Of a stretch of DNA of 64,000 bases, positions 63,901 to 64,000 are shown one piece after another. Numbering within the stretch: position 1 is the first letter of the stretch; each line of letters begins with the position of its first letter. Below the pieces are notes generated by a model that saw only the letters and a program-made list of their open reading frames with translations, was not told the DNA's origin and searched no databases. The translations under genes were made by a program, and so were the position numbers. Origin of the DNA: Vicugna vicugna. Its lineage: Eukaryota. Location of the stretch: the NCBI GenBank assembly GCA_013265495.1, contig MU057801.1, positions 434,001 through 498,000 on the forward strand. Direction: 5' to 3'.

Positions 63901-64000
63901 TAAAATAGAGATTAAAAAACAATAGAAAAAATCAATCAAACAGGAGCTGCTTTTTTGAAAGAGTAAACAAAATTGACAAACCTCTGGCCGGGCTCACCAG
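60995..64000 (+). mobile_element. Sense-strand LINE-1 with 5' UTR, disrupted ORF1 (~61695-62570) and ORF2 start (62980), running off the window
   Basis: 5' end caagatgctggagt; ORF1 fragments 61805-62302 (LRDLWDNIKRANL..VQEAQRV..PRHIIIK) and 62328-62516; ORF2 endonuclease start MAISTHLSIITANVNGLNAP; frameshifts and an internal deletion near 63620. Confidence 0.95.

Overview
This is mammalian genomic DNA, most likely camelid, judging from the tRNA-derived SINE with a CCTAATTACCTCCCC tail and the style of the young L1 3' ends. The window holds the 3' part of CFAP61 (C20orf26, cilia- and flagella-associated protein 61) on the + strand. Four GT-AG coding exons (3969-4296, 5347-5438, 12483-12688, 58812-58902) splice in frame into 239 codons; upstream exons and the terminal exon lie outside the window. 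The rest is intron, filled with LINE-1 (one ~6.4 kb degenerate antisense copy, one sense copy running off the right edge, many 3' fragments), L2, MIR, MaLR LTRs, hAT DNA transposons, SINEs and microsatellites. I found no prokaryote-type system, CRISPR array or credible new gene. The most interesting signals are: (1) sharply localised patches where old AT-rich repeats have been rewritten A/T to G/C, consistent with GC-biased gene conversion, one of them next to a CFAP61 exon that appears to carry GC-direction amino-acid changes; (2) several repeat-free, TAAT-rich candidate enhancers in the 46 kb intron, one with a perfect RFX X-box and three sharing AGCTGACGAG, which may serve the neighbouring gene INSM1; (3) an unexplained coding-like antisense segment near 16.0-16.5 kb. 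Repeat family names come from remembered consensus sequences and repeat boundaries are approximate.
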